Positions 39,550-52,225 of a DNA stretch of 64,000 bases are shown in pieces; the stretch's first letter is position 1, and the number at the start of each line of letters is the position of its first letter. Source of the stretch: Octopus sinensis. Lineage: Eukaryota. The stretch spans positions 110,174,001-110,238,000 of the forward strand of contig NC_043002.1 in assembly GCF_006345805.1 (NCBI RefSeq). Reading direction: 5' to 3'. The notes under the pieces are model-generated. The model worked only from the letters and a program-made list of their open reading frames with translations, searched no databases and had not been told where the DNA came from. Made by a program: the position numbers and the translations under genes.

Positions 39550-41975
39550 AACTCCACTATTAACCCATCTGCCAGGGGCTCCTCAAAATCAGATTTAGGC
39601 AAAATTAGTTAGCACATCATTGATAAACACATTCCCACACAAAGGTCTAACTTTTTTGGTCTAACTCTTACAAAGAAATAGATTGATTCACTAATATTAG
39701 CAATGAAAAGTAAACTAAATTCATTCAGTTCGATATTTCTAACTATTATGCTTCTATTAACCCCATCCTCCTCAATACTGTTATTTACTATGAAAAATTC
39801 TAATCTATCCAAAGAAGTAGATATTATATTAACTGATAGAAAATCTATTATTGAATTTGGAAAGGACTGACCAGATATGTTTGACATTACCATGGGCTCC
39901 AGTGATTCTGCTCAGGTAACTGACCTAGTTGGTACATATATCCTATTCTGTATAAGTAGGGAATTTCTGTAAAGGGGAAAGGATTATACAGGGACGATGC
40001 TCTATTTACATTACATAAATCTAACAATGTTAAATAAGAAAAATATAGCAAAAAGTCATTTAGTTTTTTTTCAAAGGTCTGGGATTATCTATCTCAACAA
40101 AAGAGCACACTAAAGTTAACTTCTTGGACATTACTTTGGATTTGAGTATGGGTGAAAATCAACCATACCACAAACCCAGTGATAACCTCAAGTACATCAA
40201 TTTTAACAGTAATCACCCCCAAAATATTACTCAATAACAGTTCATCTCACATCTCTAGACTTTCAGCAAATGAGAAGTTCTTTACAAAAAAGTGAAAACT
40301 ATTATAATAATGCGCTAGCAGAAGCAGGTGATAGGGATAAGTTACTATATAGTCCCATGACGCAAATGAAGAAGCATACAAGTAGGAATGGAACCTGGAA
40401 CTTAGTATTTACAAACACAAGGAATAGTGCTAATAACTGGGAAAGGCCCCATAGGCATAAAGTGTAAGCAGCAGGCAGGACCCAGAATAGCAATTACAGA
40501 AATAATTGTGTATTGGACTAGGTTAGAAACATAAGTAATGATAATAGTGACAAATGTGATAAAGAAAGTGCAGGTAGATCCCCCACCCTAGCAAAACTAA
40601 TAACCTAAGCCATACTAGGACAGGCATCAAAAATAGGAACAACCTTAAGAAAAGGAATATACAGCAAAGGAATATTCCTTAAGAAAAGGAATATATTAAT
40701 GTAAACAAGGATTATAACAACTTTGAGGATAAACTCCTTAGAAAAATGATTTGTTCTCCCAAAATTAGACTAACTCCTAATAATAATAGAGATCTCCACA
40801 AAAGAGAAAATAAATCAAGGGCTACATTGTGGTATAATGCAGTATTTGGTAGGCAAATAACTACCAGCATTCTGGCTAAACTTTTTGTTGCTGTAGATAG
40901 GCAGTTTCCTAAATCAAACAAATACAATAGAAATTTTAACTGGCATACTATTAGACTGGATTTTTCCACTAGCAAAAACTGAGCACAAGTTACAGCAGCA
41001 CATAAGACTTGAAGAATATCTAAATTCCAGAGCAATGAATACCACAGTAAAGTAGTTAATAGAAATAATGACAATAATAATACAACTACACATATAGAAC
41101 CAAAAAAGTAGATATTTAACCTGGGGAGATTTTGAATACTGCACTTACAGACAACGGCAGGGAAATGCACACCAAAATAGAAGCAAGTTGTGGAAGGAGA
41201 CAACTATTACATTTCCTAATGATGCTGGACCAGATACAGTAAAAGCAAGACAAAATAACAAGCGAACTGGAAACTATAGCTGAAATGTAAACACAACACT
41301 AATAGATCTATAGATGGAGGCGCAATGGCTCAGTGGTTAGGGCACGGACTCGCAGTCGGAGGATCGCGGTTTCGATTCCCAGACCGGGCGTTGTGTGTGT
41401 TTATTGAGCGAAAACACCTAAAGCTCCACGAGGCTCCGGCAGGGGGTGGTGGCGACCCCTGTTGTACTCTTTCGCCTCAACTTTCTCTCACTCCACTCTT
41501 ACTTCCTGTTTCTGTTGTACCTGTATTTCAAGGGGCCGGCCTTGTCACTTTCTGTGTCACGCTGAATATCCCTGAGAACTACGTTAAGGGTGCACGTGTC
41601 TGTGGAGTACTCAGCCACTTACACGTTAATTTCACGAGCAGGCTGTTCCGTTGATTCGGATCAACCGGAACCCTCATCGTCGTAACCGACGGAGTGCTTC
41701 CACAGATCTATAGATAGAGAAATAGACAAAGTATCTAATTCTGGTCCCTCTAACACAGACAAAGTTAGTAACAATAAAAGTTTTTGTGGCTGTGACAAGG
41801 ATAAAATCTTCCCCCTAAATGCTCAATGTCTGAGGAAAAATGCAGTATACATGAATAGGGTTACATCAGATGGAATTTGACAATTTTCAAGGCAAAGCTT
41901 GCAAATCATTTAGCTTCATTCAGGAATAGAGAGAAAATACATAACATGAGCTTAAGTGTGTTTACCTGGTCCCTT
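39550..41975 (+). mobile_element. Decayed Penelope-like element (RT + GIY-YIG region)
   Basis: Frameshifted motifs SKSDLGKIS, FIQFDISNYYASI, FDITMGSSDSAQVTDLVG, GLYRDD, VNFLDITLDL, YHKP..LKYI..SNHP, LWYN.VF, CGC...FPLNAQCL..NAVY, LANHLASFR. Confidence 0.85.
41316..41703 (+). mobile_element. SINE family B inserted in the PLE
   Basis: TSD AGATCTATAGAT at 41304-41315 and 41704-41715. Confidence 0.93.
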
Positions 41976-41979
41976 ATAT

Positions 41980-42520
41980 ATCATCATCATCATCATTTAA
42001 CATCCATTTCCATGAGTTGGATGGTTTGACTAGCTGGCAAGGCTGGGGGCCACATTAGGCTCTGTTGTAGATTCTGGCATGGTTTTTACAACTGGATACC
42101 CTTCCTAATGTCAACCATTTCACAGACTGTACTGGGTGCTTTTTATGTGGCATTGTCACCAGTGCTTTTTATGTGACATCAGCACCAGTATCAATTCTGC
42201 TGTGGTGGATCTTTTTGAATATAAAGAACCAGATATCTTGGTCCTTTGTCATTTCTTTTGTAAGGTTCAGTGTTTTGAGATTGGCCTTCAGTACTTTATC
42301 CCATTTCTTCCTGTGTCTCCCTCTTCCATGAGATACATCCACTTTAAGTGATTGTGTACTTCTGTACACAACTGGCAACAAACATACACTTAATCTGACC
42401 AAACTAGTGCAGTCTTCCCTCCTGCAAACTGCATCTGATTCCGCTTATGCCTAATTTTTCTGTCAGTACACTCACACTCCATTGCACAGCCTTCATTCCT
42501 CTGTAGTCTTCACATGTCCT
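41980..42520 (-). mobile_element. Old RTE 3' end with 3'UTR
   Basis: RGRHRKKWDKVLKANLKTLNL and (CAT)n tail on the opposite strand. Confidence 0.7.
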
Positions 42521-42524
42521 CTGT

Positions 42525-43585
42525 GAACATGGGCTGTGACTGTGGAGGAAATGCGTAAGGTCACAAGGAATGAAGCCAGTATGATCCGATGGATGTGTAA
42601 TGTCAGTGTGCATACTTGACTGAGTGTGAGTACCTTGAGAGAAAAGTTGGACCTAAGAAGCATCAGATGGGGTGTGCAAGAGAGATGACTGCGCTGGTAT
42701 GGTCATGTGGTGAGAATGGATGAGGACAGTTGTGTGAAAAAGTGCCACACCCTAGCGGTTGAGGAAACTGTGGAAGAGGTAGACCCAGGAAGACCTGGGA
42801 TGAAGTGGTGAAGCACGACCTTTGAACTTTAGGCCTCACCAAGGAAATGACTAGTGACCGAGACTTTTGTAAATATGCCGTGCGTGTGAAGACCCGGCAA
42901 GCCAAATAAAACCATAATCTCATGGCCTATGCCAGGGGCATAACCAGCCCACTTATGCATACCTTTTCCTTCTTTGTACACTAAAACTCTGCTTGTGAAG
43001 ACCTGTTGAGGCAAGTGAAATCAATTAAAAGCGAAATTAAAATCAAATTCGATGACTGGCGTCTGTGATAGCAGGGTGCAAAGAGCATCATACGAGCGTG
43101 ATCATTGACAGAGCGGCTAACTGGCTTCCATGCCAGTGGCACTTAAAGGGCACCATTCGAGCATGATCGTTACCAGTGTCGCCTTACTGGCACTTGTGAC
43201 CGTGCTAGTAGGGTATTAAGAGCACCATCTGAGTGTGATCGTTGCCAGAGCGGCTATCTGGCCTACATGCCAGTGGCACGTAAAAAGCACCATTTGAGCG
43301 TGATCGTTACCAGCATCACCTTACTGGCACCCGCGCCGGTGGCATGTTTAAAAGATTCAAGCAAGGTCGTTGCCAGTGGAGCCTGACTGGCTCCATGCTG
43401 GTGACACGTAAAAACACCCACTACACTCTCGGAGTGGTTGGCGTTAGGAAGGGCATCAAGCTGTAGAAACTCTGCCTGATCAAGATTGAAGCCTGGTGCA
43501 GCCATCTGGTTCGCTAGCCTTCAGTCAAATCGTCCAACCCATGCTAGCATGTAAAGCGGACGTTAAACGATGATGATGATGATGA
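42525..43585 (+). mobile_element. RTE LINE 3' end, repeat-bearing 3'UTR, (GAT)n tail
   Basis: Colinear with 27160-27980 (LRWYGHVVRM...RGRPRKTW). Confidence 0.88.
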
Positions 43586-43945
43586 TATACATATATGTGT
43601 GTGTGTAGAAGTTAACTACTTTCAAACAAGAGTGAACTCAATACAATGAAACGATGTAGTTTATTAAAAAGCAGGATTAAAAATAATTCATGTTATGATT
43701 CAGTTTCACTGCCCATTTGGGTAATGATATCAATCTCCGTTGTTATATGATGTCAGATTACATGAACCATAAAGAGGGATATGAGTGATAAAACCCATTC
43801 AACCATTGGCAGCATGAAAAATCAGATATAAAACGATGATTAAGATGATGATCTAAAAATAATAATGTTTGGATCAACAATAATGTTATCCTAAATATAT
43901 TTCAAGCACACACACACACACATACAAACATGCACACGCACACGC

Positions 43946-43990
<45 letters not shown>

Positions 43991-43992
<2 letters not shown>

Positions 43993-45631
43993 CACATAGA
44001 CGAATTGGTGTTATGTTTGTAAATAGTGGTGTGAACAAAATAAAGAGAACTCAATACATGAAAAAAAAGGCATGGCTGTACGGTAAGAAATTTGCTTCCA
44101 TAATTTAGTGGTTCAGAAAAAGTGATTGGTAGAATAAGTATAATGCTTAGAGGAAAATAATAATTACAGGGGTCGAGTTGTTTGACTTAACCTGCAATCT
44201 AATGACTGAAACAAGTAAAATATATATATATATTTCTTTACTGCCCACAAGGGGCTAAACATAGAGGGGACAAACAAGGACAGACAAAGTGATTAAGTTG
44301 ATTACATCAACCCCAGTGCGTAACTGGTATTTAATTTATCGACCCCGAAAGGATGAAAGGCAAAGTCGACCTCGGCGGAATTTGAACTCAGAACGTAACG
44401 ACAGACGAAATACTGCTAAGCATTTCGCCCAGCGCGAAATATATATATGTATGTGTGTGTGTGTGGTGTGTGTGTGTGTGGTGTGTGTGTGTGTGTGTGA
44501 TGGATATTTATGATTCTCCTCTCTTGGAACCTGCTCCTTGCATGTTCCAGAGTATATTATGGACTGTATATTTAATATAATATGGGTTTCTGGATTAGCT
44601 TAAAGATTAATAATTTACTTATTTGCGTTCAGTTAATATTATACGTAACCTGAATATCTTTCTACCTATACTTCGGTACCAATGCATTTTAATTTTGACC
44701 TGATCCAGTGCCTTACCATTTAAGTGCATGATCCACCTGAATCCTAATATATTACACACACACACATGAACAATTTATTATTAACATTGAGTATCTTTCT
44801 GTTATATCAAGTTTCATATTGAAGAAGAGCCATTGCTCAAAATAAATCATTAGGAAAAGGTTTTTTTTCCATATGCTTTATTTGATGATGTGCCATCTGA
44901 TGATCTTCTTTTTGGCACAATATGTGAAATACCAGAGCAATAGTGAACACTAACAATTACCAACTGTATGAGTATCCATTCTACCAGACAATCACATCTA
45001 AGGATTATCCTATGACAAGGATATGTGACTCTCAAAAGAAGAATGCTGAAAACTGGAACTATTTCCTTGTATATTAAATATTTCATCTATCTTATACTCT
45101 AACAAAGGAATAAGGTTTTCTTTTACTTTGTTCATAGCACACACACACACCACACACACACACACACACACATGCACATAGACGAATTGGTGTTATGTTT
45201 GTAAATAGTGGTGTGAACAAAATAAAGAGAACTCAATACATGAAAAAAAAGGCATGGCTGTACGGTAAGAAATTTGCTTCCATAATTTAGTGGTTCAGAA
45301 AAAGTGATTGGTAGAATAAGTATAATGCTTAGAGGAAAATAATAATTACAGGGGTCGAGTTGTTTGACTTAACCTGCAATCTAACGACTGAAACAAGTAA
45401 AATATATATATATATATTTCTTTGCTGCCCACAAGGGGCTAAACATAGAGGGGACAAACAAGGACAGACAAAGTGATTAAGTTGATTACATCAACCCCAG
45501 TGTGTAACTGGTATTTAATTTATCGACCCCGAAAGGATGAAAGGCAAAGTCGACCTTGGCGGAATTTGAACTCAGAACGTAACGACAGACGAAATACTGC
45601 TAAGCATTTCGCCCAGCGCGAAATATATATA

Positions 45632-45671
<40 letters not shown>

Positions 45672-46312
45672 TGTGTGATGGATATTTATGATTCTCCTCT
45701 CTTGGAACCTGCTCCTTGCATGTTCCAGAGTATATTATGGACTGTATATTTAATATAATATGGGTTTCTGGATTAGCTTAAAGATTAATAATTTACTTAT
45801 TTGCGTTCAGTTAATATTATACGTAACCTGAATATCTTTCTACCTATACTTCGGTACCAATGCATTTTAATTTTGACCTGATCCAGTGCCTTACCATTTA
45901 AGTGCATGATCCACCTGAATCCTAATATATTACACACACACACATGAACAATTTATTATTAACATTGAGTATCTTTCTGTTATATCAAGTTTCATATTGA
46001 AGAAGAGCCATTGCTCAAAATAAATCATTAGGAAAAGGTTTTTTTCCATATGCTTTATTTGATGATGTGCCATCTGATGATCTTCTTTTTGGCACAATAT
46101 GTGAAATACCAGAGCAATAGTGAACACTAACAATTACCAACTGTATGAGTATCCATTCTACCAGACAATCACATCTAAGGATTATCCTATGACAAGGATA
46201 TGTGACTCTCAAAAGAAGAATGCTGAAAACTGGAACTATTTCCTTGTATATTAAATATTTCATCTATCTTATACTCTAACAAAGGAATAAGGTTTTCTTT
46301 TACTTTGTTCAT

Positions 46313-46314
<2 letters not shown>
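43991..46314. repeat. Tandem duplication, period ~1182 bp (43991-45137, 45173-46314)
   Basis: Near-identical units bounded by three (CA)n tracts. Each unit holds a degenerate SINE A piece and a family D SINE (about 44232-44438 and 45416-45622, -). Confidence 0.95.
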
Positions 46315-46351
<37 letters not shown>

Positions 46352-46516
46352 GTAGTGTTTTCTTGTAAGTGTCAAGACACACTATAATGCAATGAATAAG
46401 GTATAAGGCATAATTAACACCCAGTATAAGGCAAAAAGTGAAAACTAAATTAAAATTTAGATATTAAATATTAAATATTCTATATTTAAAATTCATTCAT
46501 ATACTTAAGTACATAC

Positions 46517-46549
<33 letters not shown>

Positions 46550-46550
46550 A

Positions 46551-47016
46551 AATCAAATCAAAATCAAAATCAAACCAAATCAAATCAGATATCAGAAAGC
46601 AGAACCAAAATCGAAGTCGATCAACATCAATGGAAATTACAGCTGTGGTTAAGCGGACCATCCGATCGTAGCCATTGCCAGCGCCACCCCGACTGGCCTC
46701 TGTGCCGGTGGCACGTAAAAGCACCCTCCGTTCATGTCCGTTGCCAGCCTCACCTTGCCCCGTGCCGGTGGCACGTAAAAGCACCATCCATTCGTGGCCG
46801 TTTGCCAGCTCCGTCTGGCACCTGTGCAGGTGGCATGTAAAAAGCACCCACTACACTCACGGAGTGGTTGGCGTTAGGAAGGGCATCCAGCTGTAGAAAC
46901 ACTGCCAGATCAGACTGGGCCTGATGCAGCCTTCTGGCTTCACAGACCCCAGTTGAACCGTAAACCTATGCTAGCATGGAAAGCGGACGCTAAATAATGA
47001 TGATGATGATGATGAT
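46551..47016 (+). mobile_element. RTE-type 3'UTR element
   Basis: Three GGCACGTAAAAGCACC units, TTGGCGTTAGGAAGGGCATCC block, (GAT)n tail. Confidence 0.85.
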
Positions 47017-47019
47017 ATA

Positions 47020-48056
47020 TTAAGCTCTATGGGATACCAGACAAAATTATTTCTGCCATCAAGGTCCTCTACACAGATACGTCTTCAACCATCTTAACCC
47101 CTGATGGAGAAACATCATCTTTCTCAATCAAAGCCAGAATACTGCAGGGAGACACACTCGCCCCATTTCTTTTCATCATTGTTGTTGATTACGTGCTACG
47201 TATGTCAGTTGATACCATCTCTGGCAAGGGCTTTGAAATAAAACCAAGAAGAAGTTCCAGACACCCAGCTGAGTACTTGACAGACACTTACTTTGCTGAC
47301 GACATCGCTCTTATCAGTGATTCTCTCTCCAATGCCCAGTCTCTTTTGCAATCTCTTGAACAAGCCTCAAATTGTGTAGGTCTTTACCTCAATGAGGCCA
47401 AAACTGAATACATAAACAAGTGCCTGTCCAACAGAGATTGCATCATCCACACTCTCAACAGTGCGCCTTTAAATATGGTTTCTGATTATAAATATCTTGG
47501 GTCATACATATCATCATCTGGAAAAGACTTTCTAACTAGAAAGGGTATGGCCTGGTCAGCCTGTAATGACATGCATAAGATCTGGTCATCAAATCTAAGT
47601 AGAGACTTCAAACTTGAAATATTCAAAGCCACAGTCGAACCAATTCTACTATATGGCTCAGAAACCTGGACGTTATCAAAGAAGCTTGAGAGGCGGTTGG
47701 ATGGAACCTACACTTGCCTCCTTATGAGAGCTCGAAATCTCTCGTGGAAGCACCATCCAACCAAAATGCAAATATATGGGAAATTACCACCTGTGTCATC
47801 TCTTGTGAAAGGTAGGAGAGTCCAGTTTGCTGGACATTGTTGCAGAGCTGAAAAAGAAGTAATTTCTACTCTTCTCCTCTGGAAGCCATCTACTCGCAAT
47901 ACCAGAGGGTGCACACTCTCCTACCCTGATGTAATCTCCAGGGATACAGGCATCCAGCAACAGGACCTCCGTAATGCTATGATGGACTGTGAAGTCTGGC
48001 GTAACATAGTAAATTCCATTGTCTCGACCACGGTCGAACAATAATAATAATAATAA
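47020..48056 (+). mobile_element. RTE-like LINE RT and 3' end, 5'-truncated
   Basis: YGIPDKII...ILQGDTLAPFLFIIVVDYVLR...FADDIAL...GLYLNEAKTEY...YKYLGS...ILLYGSETW. Open frame to 48044, (TAA)n tail. Confidence 0.93.
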
Positions 48057-48059
48057 TTG

Positions 48060-48428
48060 TTGTGTTTTGGGATGGTCATTTTATTTATCACTATTTTTTT
48101 TTTTGCCAAATAAACACACACTATATATTTTTTCTTTTTCTTCACTTGTTTATTACTGCTATTTTATTATTTTGATACCTGTCCATTGTCTGGAAATCTT
48201 TCATCACACATCTGTGACCTCTTCAGTGACACTTTTTGTTTCCATATGTGTTCTTGCTCCACTTACTCCATTCTGTTCTTCTAAGATGTGTATCCTTATG
48301 TGGACAATGGACAGATGTTAAAATAATAAAATGACGGTAATAAACGAGTGAAAAAAAAATATACAGTGTGTGTGTGTTTATTTGGCAATAAATAAATAAA
48401 TAAATAAAATGACCATCCTGAAATACAA
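48060..48428. mobile_element. Foldback element / MITE with ~130-bp inverted arms
   Basis: 48060-48190 is the approximate reverse complement of 48303-48428, with a ~110-bp spacer. Confidence 0.8.
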
Positions 48429-48492
48429 GAATATCTGTTTCAACATACTCTTTCACATCAAGAATCTTGCAAAATGAATTGAGAAACGTATA

Positions 48493-48665
48493 CAGTGGGG
48501 GGAAATAAACATTGGTACATGTCAAAATTCTTTATTTATTTAATTTCTAATGAACATAAATGGGATATACCAATACTATATTTGTATACACATGCATAAA
48601 CTAAGAATATGCAAAAGAAACTAATAAATTATAGTAACTAATGAATTTATATACAATTATAAATA
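48493..48665 (+). mobile_element. Possible Tc1-type terminal inverted repeat fragment
   Basis: TA|CAGTGGGGGGAAATAAACATTGG resembles Tc1 termini. No partner end in the window. Confidence 0.4.
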
Positions 48666-48689
48666 TTTAGGGGTGAAGGTGTCTGTTGT

Positions 48690-49300
48690 GGTGAAGTGAA
48701 TGTGGGAGGGCATGAGGCTCTGAGGTGTGAGTGTTGGAAAACGCCTTCTTAAGTCTATTCACTGAAACAGTCTCTTTCCTACTATTAATGTCAATAGTGA
48801 AAAGCTTGTCAGTGTGTTGAAGAACCTGACAAGGTCCTGTGTATGGTGGTATGAGGCGGCGAGCTGGCAGAAACGTTAGCATGCCAGGCGAAATGCCTAG
48901 CCGTATTTCGTCTGCCGTTACGTTCTGCGTTCAAATTCCACCGAGGTCGACTTTGCCTTTCATCCTTTCGGGGTCGATTAAATAAGTACCAGTTATGCAC
49001 TGGGGTCGATATAATCGACTTAATCCATTTGTCTGTCCTTCTTTGTCCCCTCTGTGGGTAGTAAAGAAATAGGTATGAGAGGGCCTCTCACAGAGTCATT
49101 GCGTAAGAATACATGAATCCAAGAAGCAATGTCCTTTGGGACAGCAAATTTCATGATTTCTAACCAAATGTTCATTGGTGGTAGATCAGAGAAGTGTGAC
49201 TGCAATCGGTCAACATAGACGGAAAACTCTTGGATAGACATATCTGTTGGTGCCAACATCTGGCCAGGCAATAATAAGGGTACTCCATACAGCAAGAGAA
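48690..49300 (-). mobile_element. Gypsy LTR retrotransposon integrase C-terminal fragment, split by a SINE
   Basis: LYGVPLLLPG...HVFLRNDSVRGPLIP|PYTGPCQVL...TVSVNRLK (GPY/F module) rejoins when the SINE is removed. Confidence 0.82.
48855..49071 (+). mobile_element. Nin/Deu SINE family D
   Basis: Full head GGCGGCGAGCTGGCAGAA. TSD GGTATGA at 48848-48854 and 49072-49078. Confidence 0.92.
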
Positions 49301-49649
49301 GATGGAGAAGAGTATGGACTTCATGGCTTTGAATCTTTCAGGGAAATCTGATGGTTGTCAACAGATACTCAGAAAGCAAAACATGCAACTAATTGATAAT
49401 TGAGGAAGAAAACTACCATCTGGTGTGCAAACATATGTAGGATGGACTAACTACTGATAATGCCAATCTCTTTCCCTTTTCCCAGAAGTAATAATAAATG
49501 TATGTGTGATATGAACAGTTTCAACAAGTTACTATTTTTCTCTAATCATTACCAATCACATCCTAATTTTAAAATCTCACAGTTCTTGGTGGTTAGGTTA
49601 TAGATACACAGCATCGTAGTCAAATAAATGTTTTTCATTGTTAACTTAT

Positions 49650-49769
49650 CTACACATTGATGGCTATTCTGTAACTGGTAACCTGACCTACATCCGCATT
49701 GATAGCCCCCAATTGAATTCTTGCTGATTTGATGACAGCTACCATTTCCAGCAGATAATTCATCAATGT
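49650..49769 (-). pseudogene. Calcium-binding EGF-domain pseudo-exon (120 nt, phase 1-1)
   Basis: (D)IDELSAGNGSCHQISKNSIGGYQCGCRSGYQLQNSHQCV. Pyrimidine tract ends CTAA instead of CTAG; donor ATAAGT instead of GTAAGT. Confidence 0.85.
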
Positions 49770-50328
49770 TTAGAATACAAAAGGATAGAAAGAAAATAAA
49801 AATATACACAGTTAAACCAAACCATGAATTGAAATTATGCACTCTCTAGAAACTGAAGATTTGAAGTAATGCAAATGCTTATCCAATGACTTCACTGTAT
49901 TATGTCTTGTGCTCACAGAAGTATAGCCATCAATTTATCTGTAAAAATTGTGAGCAAGGTTAGAGAGAAAGTGTGTATATGCATCTGTCTATTGTGGATG
50001 AATATTATGCTAGGTGCATGTCTGAGTCAAACACAGAATAGATGTTTTCTCAAAGTGAGCAATGAGGAAGATATAAAATATTATAGCTTGAAACTAAAAG
50101 AGAGAAGAATCTTACAAAAGACAGCAATTCTTATGTGTCAAGTGAAGTGGCAGAGAAGCATTTAAAATTAATAGGAAAACTGATGAGCCATCTCTAGAAT
50201 ACATGAAGTTAGGAGCAGATTTATTGTGTATTCCTCCCCCCACACAGATCATATTGTATATAAGTATACATACATACATACATACATACATACATACAAA
50301 CATACATACATACATATACATACATACA

Positions 50329-50384
<56 letters not shown>

Positions 50385-50389
<5 letters not shown>

Positions 50390-50798
50390 TTAATAAGGAT
50401 GAGAGAATTAGATACTAATTTAATAGTATATTTATTCAACACCAAGTGGCCTAGTGCTACGAGAAACCTGGATTATTATAATATTTTATAACATATTATA
50501 ATATTTTTACAAAATAAATATAAAATATATGGTAAAATCTGGCGTGTGATTGAGTGGATTTCATCCAGATAGTCTTGGCTGACGAGCTACAAATGGATTT
50601 TTTTGTAAGTAATATTACATTTAATTCATTAATAGCGAAACAATTGTCCCAAAATAATCTGTATTTTTGTTATTTTTTACTTGCCCTGTCCGTGTGAGCT
50701 AACAGTCGTACTGGCTTTCATAGGAAACATGTATTTTCGTGGTTGAAACCTTTTGGATTAACTGTGCTAGAGTGAGCAATATAGTGACCACTCTCTTA

Positions 50799-50810
<12 letters not shown>
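50385..50810 (+). mobile_element. Non-coding PLE pseudo-LTR / retrozyme-like element between (TA)n tracts
   Basis: Contains a hammerhead. 50390-50500 is an inverted relative of the 6715-6839 repeat (CTAGGCCACTTGGTGTT). Ends ACTCTCTTATATTT like 7214-7227. Confidence 0.7.
50573..50654 (+). ncRNA. Minimal type I hammerhead ribozyme
   Basis: CTGACGA 50579-50585, stem II GCTA/TAGC, GAAA 50637-50640, stem III AC-AATT-GT, GTC cleavage after 50648, stem I TTGG/CCAA. Confidence 0.87.
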
Positions 50811-50835
<25 letters not shown>

Positions 50836-50839
<4 letters not shown>

Positions 50840-52225
50840 GGAGTTAAACGCAGGTGTTATTCAAATTCTTTTACTTCCAACACATGTTTCAAAGATATCA
50901 CTGGTATTATTCCAAAGGAATTACCTACATTAATTCCATTCAATCATATTCTACCTTTACTAATGGAGATATGAAATCTAGTTGTAAGACTATAAACGAT
51001 ATCAATTTTAATTTATACACCAATACCAAACAGAGGAAGGGAGATAACCCTTATTTAAACCCCTATTTTCGTTCTAAAGGTAAATCTATGCCTTTCAAAG
51101 ATAGTTACACTAAAAATAAGGTAACTAATAGTAAAACATCCGGTTAATTATTCCTTATTGGAGGCAAATTAAATCTAATCTTCCTTAGAAGTTTTGTGAA
51201 GCTATTATTAGGAATTTCCCAAAGAATTCTAGGTGTTACTCTATTATCAACTCACACACGGTTAGGATTGGGTTTTCCAACACAAAAAATCTCTTACAAA
51301 TTATCTCCTCACATAATATTAGCCTGTTGAATAGGGATACATTTACTAATGCTAACATTAATTTAGCTAATACCATCCATCCCCCTAGAAATATTAATAA
51401 CAAAGTTATTGAATCTGAAGTCATTTACAACAGAATCAAGTTTATGTCAAGTAACTCTAAAATTAAAAATTCTATATACCAGTGTAAAATTACTTCTGGT
51501 AATGAAGTATTTTTTTTATATAGGCAGCTCATCTTCTCAGTTATCTAAAAGGATTTCTAATCACTACTCGACATTTAGGGATAGGAATAAACGTAATGGT
51601 ACAGGGCACAGTAAATTAATTTGGGATCTAAAAGACCACAATAAACAATTTAATTTAGATTGGTTGATTCTCTCAGTTTCGATACCTTATGATAAAGGCA
51701 AAGAATTCTGTCTTCTCTGTAATTGTGAACTCTTTTTTATTCTTTTTTTCTAAAAATCCCCTTGTAAACACGGTTATAGAGTGTGCATACCGTTGTAAAC
51801 ATTGGCAGAAACACACCTTTAGTTCATATAAGTGATATCTATCATTATATATAATTTAAGCATTAATTTTCTTCTTACATTTCACATTCATTAGATATAT
51901 CTTTATTCAATTTACATATCATTATATACTTCTCATTTATTTAGTTTTTTTCTTTCCTTTACCCCTCCTCTTTCTATAGGCTACATCTGACGTTATATCC
52001 TGAAACATTTTTGAAAACAAACTTAATAGCATTCAGTTAATCACTATACAAATCCATAATTTTCTGTTAAAATGTCTTATTGACGCGTTTCATTTCTTTA
52101 TCTCCCTGAAGAGAAGATTACATTGTTTTACACCATTTTATTCCTTTGGAATAATGACAGCGATATCTTCGAAACATGTGTCAGAAGTAAAAGAATTTGA
52201 ATAACACCTGCGTTTAACTCCATTT
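50836..52225 (+). mobile_element. Penelope-like element 3' part (GIY-YIG) with inverted 86-bp termini
   Basis: INSHTVRIGFSNTKNL.QIISSHN; IYQCKI...YIGS..SQLSKRISNH.STF...LIWDLK...W.IL...PYD...C.LC..E...ILF. 50836-50921 is an inverted copy of 52140-52225. Confidence 0.88.
52093..52195 (+). ncRNA. Type I hammerhead ribozyme in the PLE pseudo-LTR
   Basis: CTGAAGA 52106-52112, stem II GAAGAT/ATCTTC, GAAA 52171-52174, AC-ATGT-GT, GTC cleavage after 52182. Stem I imperfect. Confidence 0.78.

Noticed and set aside
41215-41285. Hammerhead-like CTAATGA...GAAAC inside the PLE
   Set aside because: Core mismatch and no valid cleavage triplet or stem I.
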